Assembly: GCF_000091665.1 (NCBI RefSeq)
Contig: NC_000909.1
Span: forward strand, 503,581 to 535,580
Direction: 5' to 3'
Source: Methanocaldococcus jannaschii DSM 2661
GTDB lineage: Archaea; AGJL01; Methanococci; Methanococcales; Methanocaldococcaceae
DNA length: 32,000 bases
Within the stretch, counting starts at the first letter, position 1, and every line of letters begins with the position of its first letter. A program made the position numbers and the translations under genes. Below the pieces are notes generated by a model, which made no database searches, had not been told where the DNA came from, and saw nothing but the letters and a program-made list of their open reading frames with translations. Shown piece by piece: positions 18,447 to 27,595 of this stretch.

Positions 18447-20561
18447 ATGTGGGGGAGGGATTATGAGCTTAAATATATTTCCTATCCAAAATCAGTTGCT
18501 ATTATTGGAGCTTCAAAAACTGAAGGAAAGGTTGGATATGCAATAATGAAAAATTTAAAAGACTTTAATGGAAAAATCTATCCCATAAATCCAAAATATG
18601 ATGAAATATTCGGAATAAAATGCTATAAATCAGTTTTGGACGTTGAGGATGACATAGATTTGGCAGTTATAGTAGTTCCAAATATTGTTGTTCCTAAGGT
18701 ATTGGAAGAATGTGGAAAAAAAGGGGTTAAAGGGGCTGTAATTATTACAGCTGGCTTTTCAGAAGTAGGAAATTATGAGTTGGAAAATAAAATTAAAGAA
18801 ATAGCAAAAAGATACAACATAAGAATTATAGGGCCTAATTGTTTAGGTATAATGAACACCCATATAAACTTAAATGCCACATTTGCGAAGGTATTTCCTC
18901 CAAAAGGAGGAGTTTCAATAATCTCACAAAGTGGGGCTGTTTTAAATGCCATATTAGACATAGCCCCTTTATTGAATATTGGCTTTTCTAAAGTTGTTAG
19001 CATTGGAAATAAAGCTGATATTCAGGAAAGTGATTTATTAGAGTATTTTTTAGATGATGAAGATACTAAGATAGTTGTTTTATACATAGAAGGATTAAAG
19101 GATAAGAGATTTTTAAAAGTAGCTAAAAAATTATCTAAGAAAAAGCCAATAATTGCCCTAAAATCTGGAAGAACTGAAGTAGGAAAGAAAGCGGCAAAAT
19201 CCCACACTGGCTCTTTAGCTGGAGAAGATGTTATCTATGAGGCAGCGTTTAAAGAAGCTGGGATAATTAGGGCATATACGTTTGAGGAGTTAGTTGATTT
19301 AATCCATTTATTCTCAACACAGCCAACAATAAGCTCAAATGAAATTGGAATAATAACAAATGCAGGAGGATTTGGAGTTTTAGCAGCTGATAGCTGTGTT
19401 GATTATAACATGAAGCTATCTAACTTTGAAAAATCAACAATAGAAAAGCTTAAAAATATTCTGCCACCAACTGCCAATATATCAAATCCATTGGATATTA
19501 TAGGAGATGCCACACCAGAGAGATATAAAAAGGTTATAGAAGTTTTAGCTGAAGATAGCAATGTTAAGGGGCTTTTAGTTATCTTAACTCCACAAGAGAT
19601 GACAAAACCATTAGAAGTTGCTAAATCTATTATAGAAGTTAAAAATTCCCATAAAGAATTTAAAAATAAACCGTTAATTACTTCATTTGTTGGAGGAGTT
19701 TCAGTTAAAGGAGCTAAAAGTTATTTAAGGAAGAATGGAATCCCTGCATACATAACTCCAGAAAATGGTGTCAAAGCCCTATCTCATCTCTATAAATATA
19801 GCTTAATGAAAGTTAAGGAAGATTATGATGAATACTTAGAAAATATTAAAGAAGAGTTCATAAAAATTACTGAAGAAAATAAAGAAATTATTAAAGAATT
19901 ATTATCAAATCCAAATGAATACACTGCTAAAAAATTATTAAGCATTTATGGTCTTCCAGTTCCTAAGGGCTATTTAGCTAAAAATGAAGATGAAGCTTTA
20001 GAATATTGCAAAAAATTAGGTAAATGCGTAATGAAAATTGTCTCACCACAAATAATACATAAAACGGAGGCAGGAGGAGTTATAATAAATCCAAAAAATC
20101 CTAAAGAGGCATTTAAAAAATTAATTGAAAATGCTAAGGAATATGCAAAAAGAATGGGCATTGATAATTTAATTATAGAGGGAGTGTTAGTTGAAGAGTT
20201 CATTGAGAAAGATATGATGGAAATTATAATAGGGGCTAAGAGGGATGATATTTTTGGCTCTGTAGTTATGGTTGGGTTAGGAGGAGTATTTGTTGAGGTT
20301 TTAAAAGATGTATCTTTTGGCATTTCGCCAATAACAAGGGACTTTGCTCATGAGATGTTGAGGGAATTGAAATCCTATAAAGTCTTAGAAGGCGTTAGAG
20401 GAAGACCTAAGAGAGATATTAACTTTATTGTTGATACCCTAATAAAGATTGGAGTATTTATGGATATTCACAAAGAGATTAAAGAGCTTGATTTAAACCC
20501 AGTATTTGTCTTTAATGAAAAAGAGGGAGGATGTATAGGTGATGCAAGAATAATTAAATAA
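18447..20561 (+). CDS. Acetate--CoA ligase (ADP-forming), fused alpha and beta subunits, 704 aa
   Basis: PKSVAIIGASKTEGKVGYAIMKNL, VIITAGFSEVGNYELE, IIGPNCLGIMN, SKSGRTEVGKKAAKSHTGSLAG-type segment, and an ATP-grasp half (IVSPQIIHKTEAGGVIIN...LVGLGGVFVEVLKDVSFGISP). Confidence 0.95.
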   Translation: MWGRDYELKYISYPKSVAIIGASKTEGKVGYAIMKNLKDFNGKIYPINPKYDEIFGIKCYKSVLDVEDDIDLAVIVVPNIVVPKVLEECGKKGVKGAVIITAGFSEVGNYELENKIKEIAKRYNIRIIGPNCLGIMNTHINLNATFAKVFPPKGGVSIISQSGAVLNAILDIAPLLNIGFSKVVSIGNKADIQESDLLEYFLDDEDTKIVVLYIEGLKDKRFLKVAKKLSKKKPIIALKSGRTEVGKKAAKSHTGSLAGEDVIYEAAFKEAGIIRAYTFEELVDLIHLFSTQPTISSNEIGIITNAGGFGVLAADSCVDYNMKLSNFEKSTIEKLKNILPPTANISNPLDIIGDATPERYKKVIEVLAEDSNVKGLLVILTPQEMTKPLEVAKSIIEVKNSHKEFKNKPLITSFVGGVSVKGAKSYLRKNGIPAYITPENGVKALSHLYKYSLMKVKEDYDEYLENIKEEFIKITEENKEIIKELLSNPNEYTAKKLLSIYGLPVPKGYLAKNEDEALEYCKKLGKCVMKIVSPQIIHKTEAGGVIINPKNPKEAFKKLIENAKEYAKRMGIDNLIIEGVLVEEFIEKDMMEIIIGAKRDDIFGSVVMVGLGGVFVEVLKDVSFGISPITRDFAHEMLRELKSYKVLEGVRGRPKRDINFIVDTLIKIGVFMDIHKEIKELDLNPVFVFNEKEGGCIGDARIIK

Positions 20562-20604
20562 ATTTAATTTATTTCTGAAAAAACAGATAAATCCACACAA
20601 TAAT

Positions 20605-20642
20605 AGAAGCTAACCGGTCCCAAAATTGGGTTCCCGGTTAGC
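20605..20642 (-). promoter_or_regulatory. Archaeal SECIS element (3' end of the HesB-like gene)
   Basis: On the minus strand: GCTAACCGG-GAA-CCC-AATTTT-GGG-A-CCGGTTAGC. 9-bp GC-rich stem, GAA/A internal loop and CCC/GGG upper stem match the archaeal SECIS architecture. Confidence 0.88.
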
Positions 20643-20925
20643 ACTCACTACTACCTTCTATCTTAAGATACTTTCCAAATATTGACCTTCTCAATGAGAT
20701 ATTAACTTCATCAAGCCATTGATCTGCTATGGGGTCAATATAAACTTTAAATTCATTATCGTAAATTAATTTATCATTTTCGTTGGGGTGGGCGATAGCT
20801 ATTCCAAACTTAGGACCTCCTCAAGCAAATCCTTCAAAGTATATAACTACTTTATCCTGATTAGCTTTCTTTAACTTATCTAAGATGAATTTCTTAGCTT
20901 CATCAGATATAACAACCTTCTTCAT
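20638..20925 (-). CDS. HesB/IscA-like selenoprotein, 95 aa with Sec at residue 35 (in-frame UGA at 20821-20823)
   Basis: MKKVVISDEAKKFILDKLKKANQDKVVIYFEGFA-U-GGPKFGIAIAHPNENDKLIYDNEFKVYIDPIADQWLDEVNISLRRSIFGKYLKIEGSSEC*. Sec sits at the first Cys position of the IscA GCxG-type loop; SD GGTGAT upstream; SECIS directly downstream. Confidence 0.9.
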
Positions 20926-21136
20926 TCCATATCACCACTTTTATTATAATCCTATATCTCATATATATAATTTATGGTTATGTCAATACTTAACACAACC
21001 ATATAAAATAAGACTATAAAAATAAAAATAAAAAAGAAAAGAATAAAAATAATAAGATATTATAATGAGATGAATTAGTTAAAAACATTAAGCTAATTAT
21101 TTAACTACTTTAAAATACTTATAATGGTGATATTTT

Positions 21137-21922
21137 ATGCAAATGGTACCTCCAAGTGCTTATGATAGGGCTATTACAGTGTTTAGCCCAGAAGGTAGAT
21201 TATATCAAGTAGAGTATGCAAGAGAGGCAGTGAGAAGAGGGACAACAGCGATAGGTATTGCCTGTAAAGATGGTGTAGTTTTAGCGGTAGATAGAAGAAT
21301 AACAAGCAAACTCGTAAAAATCAGGTCAATAGAAAAGATATTCCAAATTGACGACCACGTTGCTGCTGCTACCTCTGGATTGGTAGCTGATGCGAGAGTT
21401 TTAATAGATAGAGCGAGATTAGAAGCCCAAATTTACAGATTAACTTATGGAGAGGAAATATCAATTGAAATGCTGGCTAAAAAGATTTGTGATATTAAAC
21501 AAGCTTATACTCAACATGGTGGAGTTAGACCGTTTGGAGTTTCATTATTAATTGCTGGAATAGACAAAAATGAAGCAAGATTATTTGAAACAGACCCAAG
21601 TGGGGCTTTAATTGAATATAAAGCAACAGCAATAGGTAGTGGAAGACCCGTAGTTATGGAATTATTGGAGAAAGAGTATAGAGATGATATAACATTAGAT
21701 GAAGGTTTGGAATTAGCTATAACTGCTTTAACAAAAGCAAACGAAGACATAAAACCTGAAAATGTTGATGTTTGTATCATAACGGTTAAAGACGCACAAT
21801 TTAAAAAAATTCCTGTGGAAGAGATAAAAAAACTTATAGAAAAAGTTAAAAAGAAATTAAATGAAGAAAATAAGAAAGAGGAAGAGAATAGAGAAGAAAC
21901 TAAAGAAAAACAAGAAGAATAA
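21137..21922 (+). CDS. psmA: Proteasome subunit alpha, 261 aa
   Basis: [46 protein letters not shown], a diagnostic alpha-subunit N-terminus. Confidence 0.98.
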   Translation: MQMVPPSAYDRAITVFSPEGRLYQVEYAREAVRRGTTAIGIACKDGVVLAVDRRITSKLVKIRSIEKIFQIDDHVAAATSGLVADARVLIDRARLEAQIYRLTYGEEISIEMLAKKICDIKQAYTQHGGVRPFGVSLLIAGIDKNEARLFETDPSGALIEYKATAIGSGRPVVMELLEKEYRDDITLDEGLELAITALTKANEDIKPENVDVCIITVKDAQFKKIPVEEIKKLIEKVKKKLNEENKKEEENREETKEKQEE

Positions 21923-22071
21923 ATTATAGTAAAATTTTTAAATCCAACTATTTTAAATTATTTTTAGAGTATTAATATTATTTGGGAGTATCCTACTCAC
22001 TCTCACTAAAGTAATTTTTATAAATTCAAAACCCTTAGCCGAAACATTTATATAATGTGGGGAGGGATATT

Positions 22072-22779
22072 ATGGTGTCCTTAGAAGAGGCAGTAATAGC
22101 AAGATATACATCCCATGGCGAAAAATTTGAAATTTTAGTTGACCCATATTTAGCGGCTAAGCTTAAAGAAGGGCAAAATGTAGATTTTGATGAGCTTTTA
22201 GCTATTGAAGTTGTATTTAGAGATGCAAGTAAAGGGGAGAAAGCCCCTGAAGAGTTACTATCAAAAATATTTGGAACAACAGATGTTAAAGAAATTGCTA
22301 AAAAAATTATATTAAAAGGTCAAGTTCAATTAACTGCTAAGCAGAGAGAAGAAATTAGAGAACAAAAAAAGAGGCAAATTATAACCATAATTAGTAGAAA
22401 CACAATAAACCCTCAAACAGATACTCCACATCCACCGCATAGAATTGAAAAGGCAATGGAAGAGTTAAGAATTAACATAGACATTTATAAAAGTGCTGAA
22501 GAACAAGTCCCTGAAATTGTTAAAAAGCTTAAAAAAGTTCTACCTATTAGATTTGAAAAGAGAGATATCGCTGTTAAAATCCCAGCAGAATTCGCTTCTA
22601 AGGCATATAATGCTTTATACCAATTTGGAGCTGTTAAGCAGGAAGAATGGCAGCCAGATGGTTCTCTAATTGTATTAATTGAAATACCAAGTGGTATTGA
22701 AGCGGAGTTTTATGCTCATCTAAATAAAATAACCAAAGGAAATGTCCAAACAAAGGTTGTTAAGAAATACAGTGAATAA
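22072..22779 (+). CDS. sdo1: Ribosome maturation protein SBDS (Sdo1) homolog
   Basis: [21 protein letters not shown]; [19 protein letters not shown]; [33 protein letters not shown] at 22072 after SD ggggaggg; the track uses GTG 22057. Confidence 0.95.
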   Translation: MVSLEEAVIARYTSHGEKFEILVDPYLAAKLKEGQNVDFDELLAIEVVFRDASKGEKAPEELLSKIFGTTDVKEIAKKIILKGQVQLTAKQREEIREQKKRQIITIISRNTINPQTDTPHPPHRIEKAMEELRINIDIYKSAEEQVPEIVKKLKKVLPIRFEKRDIAVKIPAEFASKAYNALYQFGAVKQEEWQPDGSLIVLIEIPSGIEAEFYAHLNKITKGNVQTKVVKKYSE

Positions 22780-22821
22780 TTTATAGATATTAAATAGATA
22801 TTAAAGACGAGGTGAGAGAGT

Positions 22822-23100
22822 ATGTTCAGCCACACAAAGAAAGTAGGTCCAACAGGAAGATTTGGACCAAGATATGGTTTAAAAATAAGAGTTAGAGTTA
22901 GAGATGTTGAAATTAAAGCTAAAAAGAAATATAAATGTCCTGTCTGTGGATTTCCAAAATTAAAGAGAGCTTCAACATCAATATGGGTTTGTGGAAAGTG
23001 TGGAGCTAAGATAGCTGGAGGAGCATACACACCAGAAACAGGTGCAGGAAAGGCTGTTATGAAGGCAATTAGAAGAATTGTTGAGAGAAAAGAAGAATAA
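22822..23100 (+). CDS. rpl37ae: 50S ribosomal protein L37Ae (eL43)
   Basis: [71 protein letters not shown]. Confidence 0.96.
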   Translation: MFSHTKKVGPTGRFGPRYGLKIRVRVRDVEIKAKKKYKCPVCGFPKLKRASTSIWVCGKCGAKIAGGAYTPETGAGKAVMKAIRRIVERKEE

Positions 23101-23162
23101 CTTTTCATTATTTAGCATTATTATTTTATAAATTTTTATAACTTTTATTTTTGGGGATGTAT

Positions 23163-23303
23163 ATGGTAGAATACAAGTGTTTAAACTGTAAAAAGATAAT
23201 AAAACTTGAAGAGCTGGGAAAAAGAGCAAGATGTCCTCACTGCAGTTATAAGATATTGGTTAAACTTAGACCAAAAGTAGTTAAACATGTAAAGGCGAGA
23301 TAA
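23163..23303 (+). CDS. rpoP: RNA polymerase subunit P (Rpo12), 46 aa, not in ORF track
   Basis: [46 protein letters not shown], canonical RpoP zinc ribbon. Confidence 0.96.
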
Positions 23304-23304
23304 A

Positions 23305-23814
23305 ATGATACTAACAACTTCAAGAAAACCCTCCCAAAGAACAAGAAGTTTTGCGAGAGATTTAGAGAGAACTTTAAATATTCCCTATGTTCAGAGAGGG
23401 AAGCTTTCATTAAAGGAGATTTTTGAAATTGATAAGCATGTTCTTTTAATTGGTGAGTTTAAAGCTAACCCTGGAACTTTAGTTGTTTATGATGTTGAAA
23501 ATGAAAAAAGACTATCAAGCTTTATCTCTGTTAAATTACAGAGAGAGATTTGTGGAGAGAAAATATATAATGATGATGGAATAAGAATAAAAATAAGTAG
23601 AGAACTTAAAGATAACGAGGAATTTCAAAAATACTATGAAATTTATGATGAATTTTTATTCCAACATTTAAATATTAATGAGGATAGTGATATAACATTG
23701 AGGTTGGAAAAAGACCCAAAATATCTATTTGCTATACAATTTTATAAAGGGAGAGTTAAAATAGGGCCTTTGATTAGAATAAAATCTATTAAGTTGTTTG
23801 ACAGCCTTTTATAA
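23305..23814 (+). CDS. Brix/IMP4-domain ribosome biogenesis protein
   Basis: [39 protein letters not shown]. Confidence 0.93.
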
Positions 23815-23824
23815 AGGGATTTTC

Positions 23825-24067
23825 ATGAATTCTTTTGAGTTAATATTGGAGTTTGATAGTGAGGAAGAGGCTGAAATTATCTATAAATCCATATTTTTGG
23901 AACATTTAACTTCTCAAATAAAATCCTCCGCCACAATGGAAATAAATAAAAATATAATAACGATAAATGTTAAAGCTAAAGATATTTCTATATTAAAGGC
24001 ATCTATCTATTCCTACTTAAGATGGATAGGTGTTGCACAAAACATTTATAAGATTTGTAAAGAATGA
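23825..24067 (+). CDS. KEOPS complex subunit Pcc1-like, about 80 aa
   Basis: MNSFELILEFDSEEEAEIIYKSIFLEHL...SSATMEINKNIITINVKAKDISILKASIYSYLRWIGVAQNI. Likely ATG at 23825; the track uses TTG 23798. Confidence 0.8.
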   Translation: MNSFELILEFDSEEEAEIIYKSIFLEHLTSQIKSSATMEINKNIITINVKAKDISILKASIYSYLRWIGVAQNIYKICKE

Positions 24068-24079
24068 GGAGGTGGTAAT

Positions 24080-24310
24080 TTGGCTAAGATATTTAGAATA
24101 ACTGGAATTATGAGCAAAAAAGGTAAAGACCCATTATACTTTAGAAAGGAATACAAAGCATTAAAACCAGAAGATGCTTTAGAGATATTATACTCTGAAT
24201 TTGGAGGAAGATACAAAGTTAAAAGAAGTAGAATAAAAATCTTAAATATTGAGGAAATAAAGCCAGAGGATGTAACAGACCCTGTCTTAAAGAAATTAGT
24301 TACTGCCTAA
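24080..24310 (+). CDS. rplX: 50S ribosomal protein LX (eL20-like), 76 aa (TTG start)
   Basis: KIFRITGIMSKKGKDPLYFRKEYKALKPEDALEILYSEFGGRYKVKRSRIKILNIEEIKPEDV; TTG preceded by gaggaggtggtaa. Confidence 0.92.
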   Translation: MAKIFRITGIMSKKGKDPLYFRKEYKALKPEDALEILYSEFGGRYKVKRSRIKILNIEEIKPEDVTDPVLKKLVTA

Positions 24311-24471
24311 TAGAGACTTAATTAAAGAGAATGATAACCTTCGCATCTAAGTCTTAAATTGATTATTATATAAACTGTAAAATCTCAACATCCATCTTTT
24401 TTGTTTATTTTTTTATTTTATAATCCATTTTTAACATTCAATTAAGTCTAAAATTTTATTTTGGTGAGATT

Positions 24472-24897
24472 GTGGAAGATAAAATTGAGTTTATGGCTAA
24501 GCATAAAAAATGGTTCGTAGTGAAAAAATTAAAAATAGATGAAAATACTGAAGATATTGAGATAGCGAGGTTATTGGCATCAATAGATGAGACAGTTTTA
24601 AATAAAATCCCTGAATATTTGCCATTTGATATGAATAAGTTGTATGAGATTGCAGATGGAATATATCAAAAGAAAAAAGGAAGGATTACAGAAGAAGAGA
24701 TTGCAGAAGTTTTAAAGAAATTAAAATCTCCAGCAACTACAAGAAAATTAAATGAGATTACTGAATCAAAGGAAGGTAAGGAGATATTAAAAGCTATTTT
24801 AAATAACATAATATTAGAGAGATTAGGAATTCAAACAAGAGTTTCTCCAAAAGTTATTGAGAAATATATTGAGAATAGTCAATCTTCAAATAGATAA
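24472..24897 (+). CDS. Conserved methanogen protein, DUF2666-like, 141 aa
   Basis: ORF track; IEFMAKHKKWFVVKKLKIDENTEDIEIARLLASIDETVLNKIPEYL. Family name from memory. Confidence 0.65.
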   Translation: MEDKIEFMAKHKKWFVVKKLKIDENTEDIEIARLLASIDETVLNKIPEYLPFDMNKLYEIADGIYQKKKGRITEEEIAEVLKKLKSPATTRKLNEITESKEGKEILKAILNNIILERLGIQTRVSPKVIEKYIENSQSSNR

Positions 24898-24981
24898 TTA
24901 ATTTTCTATTATTTAAGCCAAAAGCTTATAAGTTCATTATTAAATAATGAAGTTTGAAGATTGACTATCGGGAGAGAGAAA

Positions 24982-26034
24982 ATGAAGGTTGAAGAAATAT
25001 TGGAGAATGCAAGAAAGGCATTTAAATTAACAACAAAACATTTCGGAAATACAGTTACATTTGAGAGGGCTCTTTTTTTAGGTTGGTATTGTAATCTAAA
25101 ACAGCCATGTAAGTTTTGCTACATGGCTACACAGAAAAACAAAATAAAAGACCCAAGAAAGGCAAGAAGAAGATTGGAGAGTGTTTTAGCTGAGGCAATT
25201 TTAATGAAAAGAATTGGTTGGAAATTAGAGTTTATCTCTGGTGGTTATGGCTATACACCCAAAGAAATAAATGATATTGCTGAAATGGTGGCTTATGTTC
25301 AAAAATGTAGGCAGTATTTGAATGTTGGAGTTATTGATTTAGACAACATTAATTTGGATGTAATTGAAGGAGTTGTAGGGGCTGTTGAAACTGTAAGCAA
25401 AGATAGGGATTGGATTTGCCCAGGAAAGCCATTAGATAAGATTAAAGATAATTTATTAAAAGCTAAAGAATTGGGTTTAAAGACAGGGATAACAATAATA
25501 TTAGGATTAGGAGAAAAAGAGGAAGATATTGAGAAGTTATTAAATTTAATTGAGGAGTTGGATTTAAATAGAATTACCTTCTACTCTCTAAATCCACAAA
25601 AAGGAACTATTTATGAAAACAAACCATCAGTAACTACAATAGAGTATATGAACTGGGTTTCTTCTGTTAGGTTGAATTTCCCAAAGATTAAGATTATTAC
25701 TGGAGTTTGGGTTGACAAAATTCCAATGATAAGCCCATTAATTATGAGTGGCTCCAATGTAATAACCAAATTCCCATTATTTTCAGTATTTGGAACAAAG
25801 GAAGCTCATTGGATAGAGAAAGAGATTTTAGCAACTGGTAGAGAGTTGTTAGGGACATTTACAGATATTGATATCTTGGCTGGAAAAAAAGTGTTAGAGA
25901 AAACCCCATACATAGAGGAAGAGATAAATATAAGTAGCGAAAATATTAAGAGGGTTGAGGAGCTTAGAGAAAATATAAATGAGAGAATAGAAAGTTATGT
26001 ATCTAAAGTTTTAAGGAAGATTAAAGCCAGTTAA
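24982..26034 (+). CDS. Radical SAM protein related to BioB/HydE/HmdB, with CX5CX2C cluster motif
   Basis: LGWYCNLKQPCKFCYMATQ; EFISGGYGYTPKEI; GLKTGITIILGLGEKEEDIEKLL. ATG at 24982 after SD gggagagag; the track uses TTG 24961. Confidence 0.85.
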   Translation: MKVEEILENARKAFKLTTKHFGNTVTFERALFLGWYCNLKQPCKFCYMATQKNKIKDPRKARRRLESVLAEAILMKRIGWKLEFISGGYGYTPKEINDIAEMVAYVQKCRQYLNVGVIDLDNINLDVIEGVVGAVETVSKDRDWICPGKPLDKIKDNLLKAKELGLKTGITIILGLGEKEEDIEKLLNLIEELDLNRITFYSLNPQKGTIYENKPSVTTIEYMNWVSSVRLNFPKIKIITGVWVDKIPMISPLIMSGSNVITKFPLFSVFGTKEAHWIEKEILATGRELLGTFTDIDILAGKKVLEKTPYIEEEINISSENIKRVEELRENINERIESYVSKVLRKIKAS

Positions 26035-26053
26035 TCTAATTTTTTGGGATAAA

Positions 26054-26923
26054 ATGGAAGTTAAACCTTTTTTAAAATGGGCTGGAGGAAAAACACAAAT
26101 TTTAAGTCAAATAGAAGAAAATTTACCAAAAGAATTGAAGGAAGGAAACATTAAAAAATATATAGAACCCTTTGTTGGTGGAGGGGCAGTTTTATTTTAC
26201 CTTTTACAAAAATACGAATTTAAAAAAGTTATTATCAGTGATATTAACGAGGATTTGATGCTATGCTATAAAGTTGTTAAAAATGATGTCGATAGATTAA
26301 TTGAGGAGTTATCATCCTTAAGGGATGAATTTTTATCATTGGATGAAGAAAAAAGGAAAGAATTTTATTATAAAGTTAGAGATGACTTTAACAAAAACAA
26401 GAATGATTGTGATGAAGTTAAAAGAGTGGCACAGTTTATATTTTTAAATAAAACATGTTATAATGGGCTATATAGGGTTAATAAAAAAGGAGAATTTAAT
26501 GTTCCTTATGGAAGGTATAAAAACCCAAAGATTTTTGATGAACAAAATTTGAAAAATGTTTCAAAATTATTAAAGAACGTTAAAATCCTCTGTGGAGATT
26601 TTGAGATTGTTGATGAGTATGTTGATGCTGAAAGCTTTGTTTATTTCGATCCACCATATAAGCCGTTAAATAAAACATCTTCCTTCACATCCTATACAAA
26701 GTATGATTTTAACGATGATGATCAAATTAGATTGGCAAAATTTTATAGAAAATTGGATAAAAGAGGGGCTAAGTTGATGTTAAGCAACTCTTATAATGTT
26801 GATTTCTTTGGAAAGCTTTATGAGGGCTTTAATATAAAAAAGGTTGTTGCTAAGAGGATGATTAACTGCAAAGGAGATAAAAGAAAAGATGGTATATATG
26901 AGTTATTGATTATGAATTATTGA
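26054..26923 (+). CDS. mjaIIIM: Dam-family DNA adenine methyltransferase, GATC specificity (M.MjaIII)
   Basis: PFLKWAGGKTQILSQI; PFVGGGAVLFYLL; YFDPPYKPLNKTSSFTSYTKYDF. DpnM/Dam alpha-class organisation. Confidence 0.93.
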   Translation: MEVKPFLKWAGGKTQILSQIEENLPKELKEGNIKKYIEPFVGGGAVLFYLLQKYEFKKVIISDINEDLMLCYKVVKNDVDRLIEELSSLRDEFLSLDEEKRKEFYYKVRDDFNKNKNDCDEVKRVAQFIFLNKTCYNGLYRVNKKGEFNVPYGRYKNPKIFDEQNLKNVSKLLKNVKILCGDFEIVDEYVDAESFVYFDPPYKPLNKTSSFTSYTKYDFNDDDQIRLAKFYRKLDKRGAKLMLSNSYNVDFFGKLYEGFNIKKVVAKRMINCKGDKRKDGIYELLIMNY

Positions 26924-26942
26924 ATAATTTTAAGGTGATTTA

Positions 26943-27542
26943 ATGCAAATAAAGCCATTTGAAGAGAATAAGCCCTATCCAGAATGGGATCCAGATGAGC
27001 CAGATAAAGTCCCAGGAATTCCTAATTGGAATAGAAATTTTGGAAATATCATAATAGAATTTGATAAAGGTACTCGAACATGTTATTATCATAGAAAAAA
27101 GAAAAATAAATATGATGTTGAATGTGGAGATTACAGAATAAAAATTACGTATTCACAAAAAAATTGGAATAAAAAAGTAGTTTATGACAATGATGCTTGG
27201 AAATGGTTAGTTGATTGTTTAGATCCAACGGAAATTAATAAATTCTTATGCCATCTATGTAAAATACTTGATATGAATATAGATAAAGATGTTTATGATT
27301 ACCTAATCAATAATGTTAATTTTAGTGTAAATAACAATGACTTGAGGGCATTATTATATTATTTCTGGCATCGTGCAATCATTGAAGATAGAATATACTC
27401 ACAAAAGAAGGGATATAACGGAAGAAAGCAAGTAATTGGTGCAACTTATGAAGTATTAAAAGAATTACGTAATAATCAAAATAGAGTTTATTTATATGAA
27501 AAATGTGATGAGATTTATAAAATGGCAAAAAAGAAATTGTAA
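26943..27542 (+). CDS. Hypothetical protein, 199 aa, embedded in the R-M operon
   Basis: ORF track; lies between methylase and endonuclease on the same strand with short gaps. Acidic, Trp/Tyr/His-rich; no motif I recognise. Confidence 0.75.
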   Translation: MQIKPFEENKPYPEWDPDEPDKVPGIPNWNRNFGNIIIEFDKGTRTCYYHRKKKNKYDVECGDYRIKITYSQKNWNKKVVYDNDAWKWLVDCLDPTEINKFLCHLCKILDMNIDKDVYDYLINNVNFSVNNNDLRALLYYFWHRAIIEDRIYSQKKGYNGRKQVIGATYEVLKELRNNQNRVYLYEKCDEIYKMAKKKL

Positions 27543-27595
27543 AGAATTGTATAACGAATTAACGAAGAAACCATCAAAATAATTAAGGGATATTT

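Noticed and set aside
18773-20323. Minus-strand ORFs 18773-19003, 19022-19207, 19970-20323
   Set aside because: Antisense shadows of the acetyl-CoA synthetase.
20821-20823. In-frame TGA in the HesB-like gene as a pseudogene mutation
   Set aside because: Similarity continues without frameshift for 60 codons, the UGA falls at the cysteine position and a SECIS-type hairpin is present, so recoding is the better explanation.
21511-23229. Minus-strand ORFs 21511-21780, 22716-23108 and 22978-23229
   Set aside because: Antisense to psmA, SBDS/L37Ae and rpoP, which are unmistakable on the plus strand.
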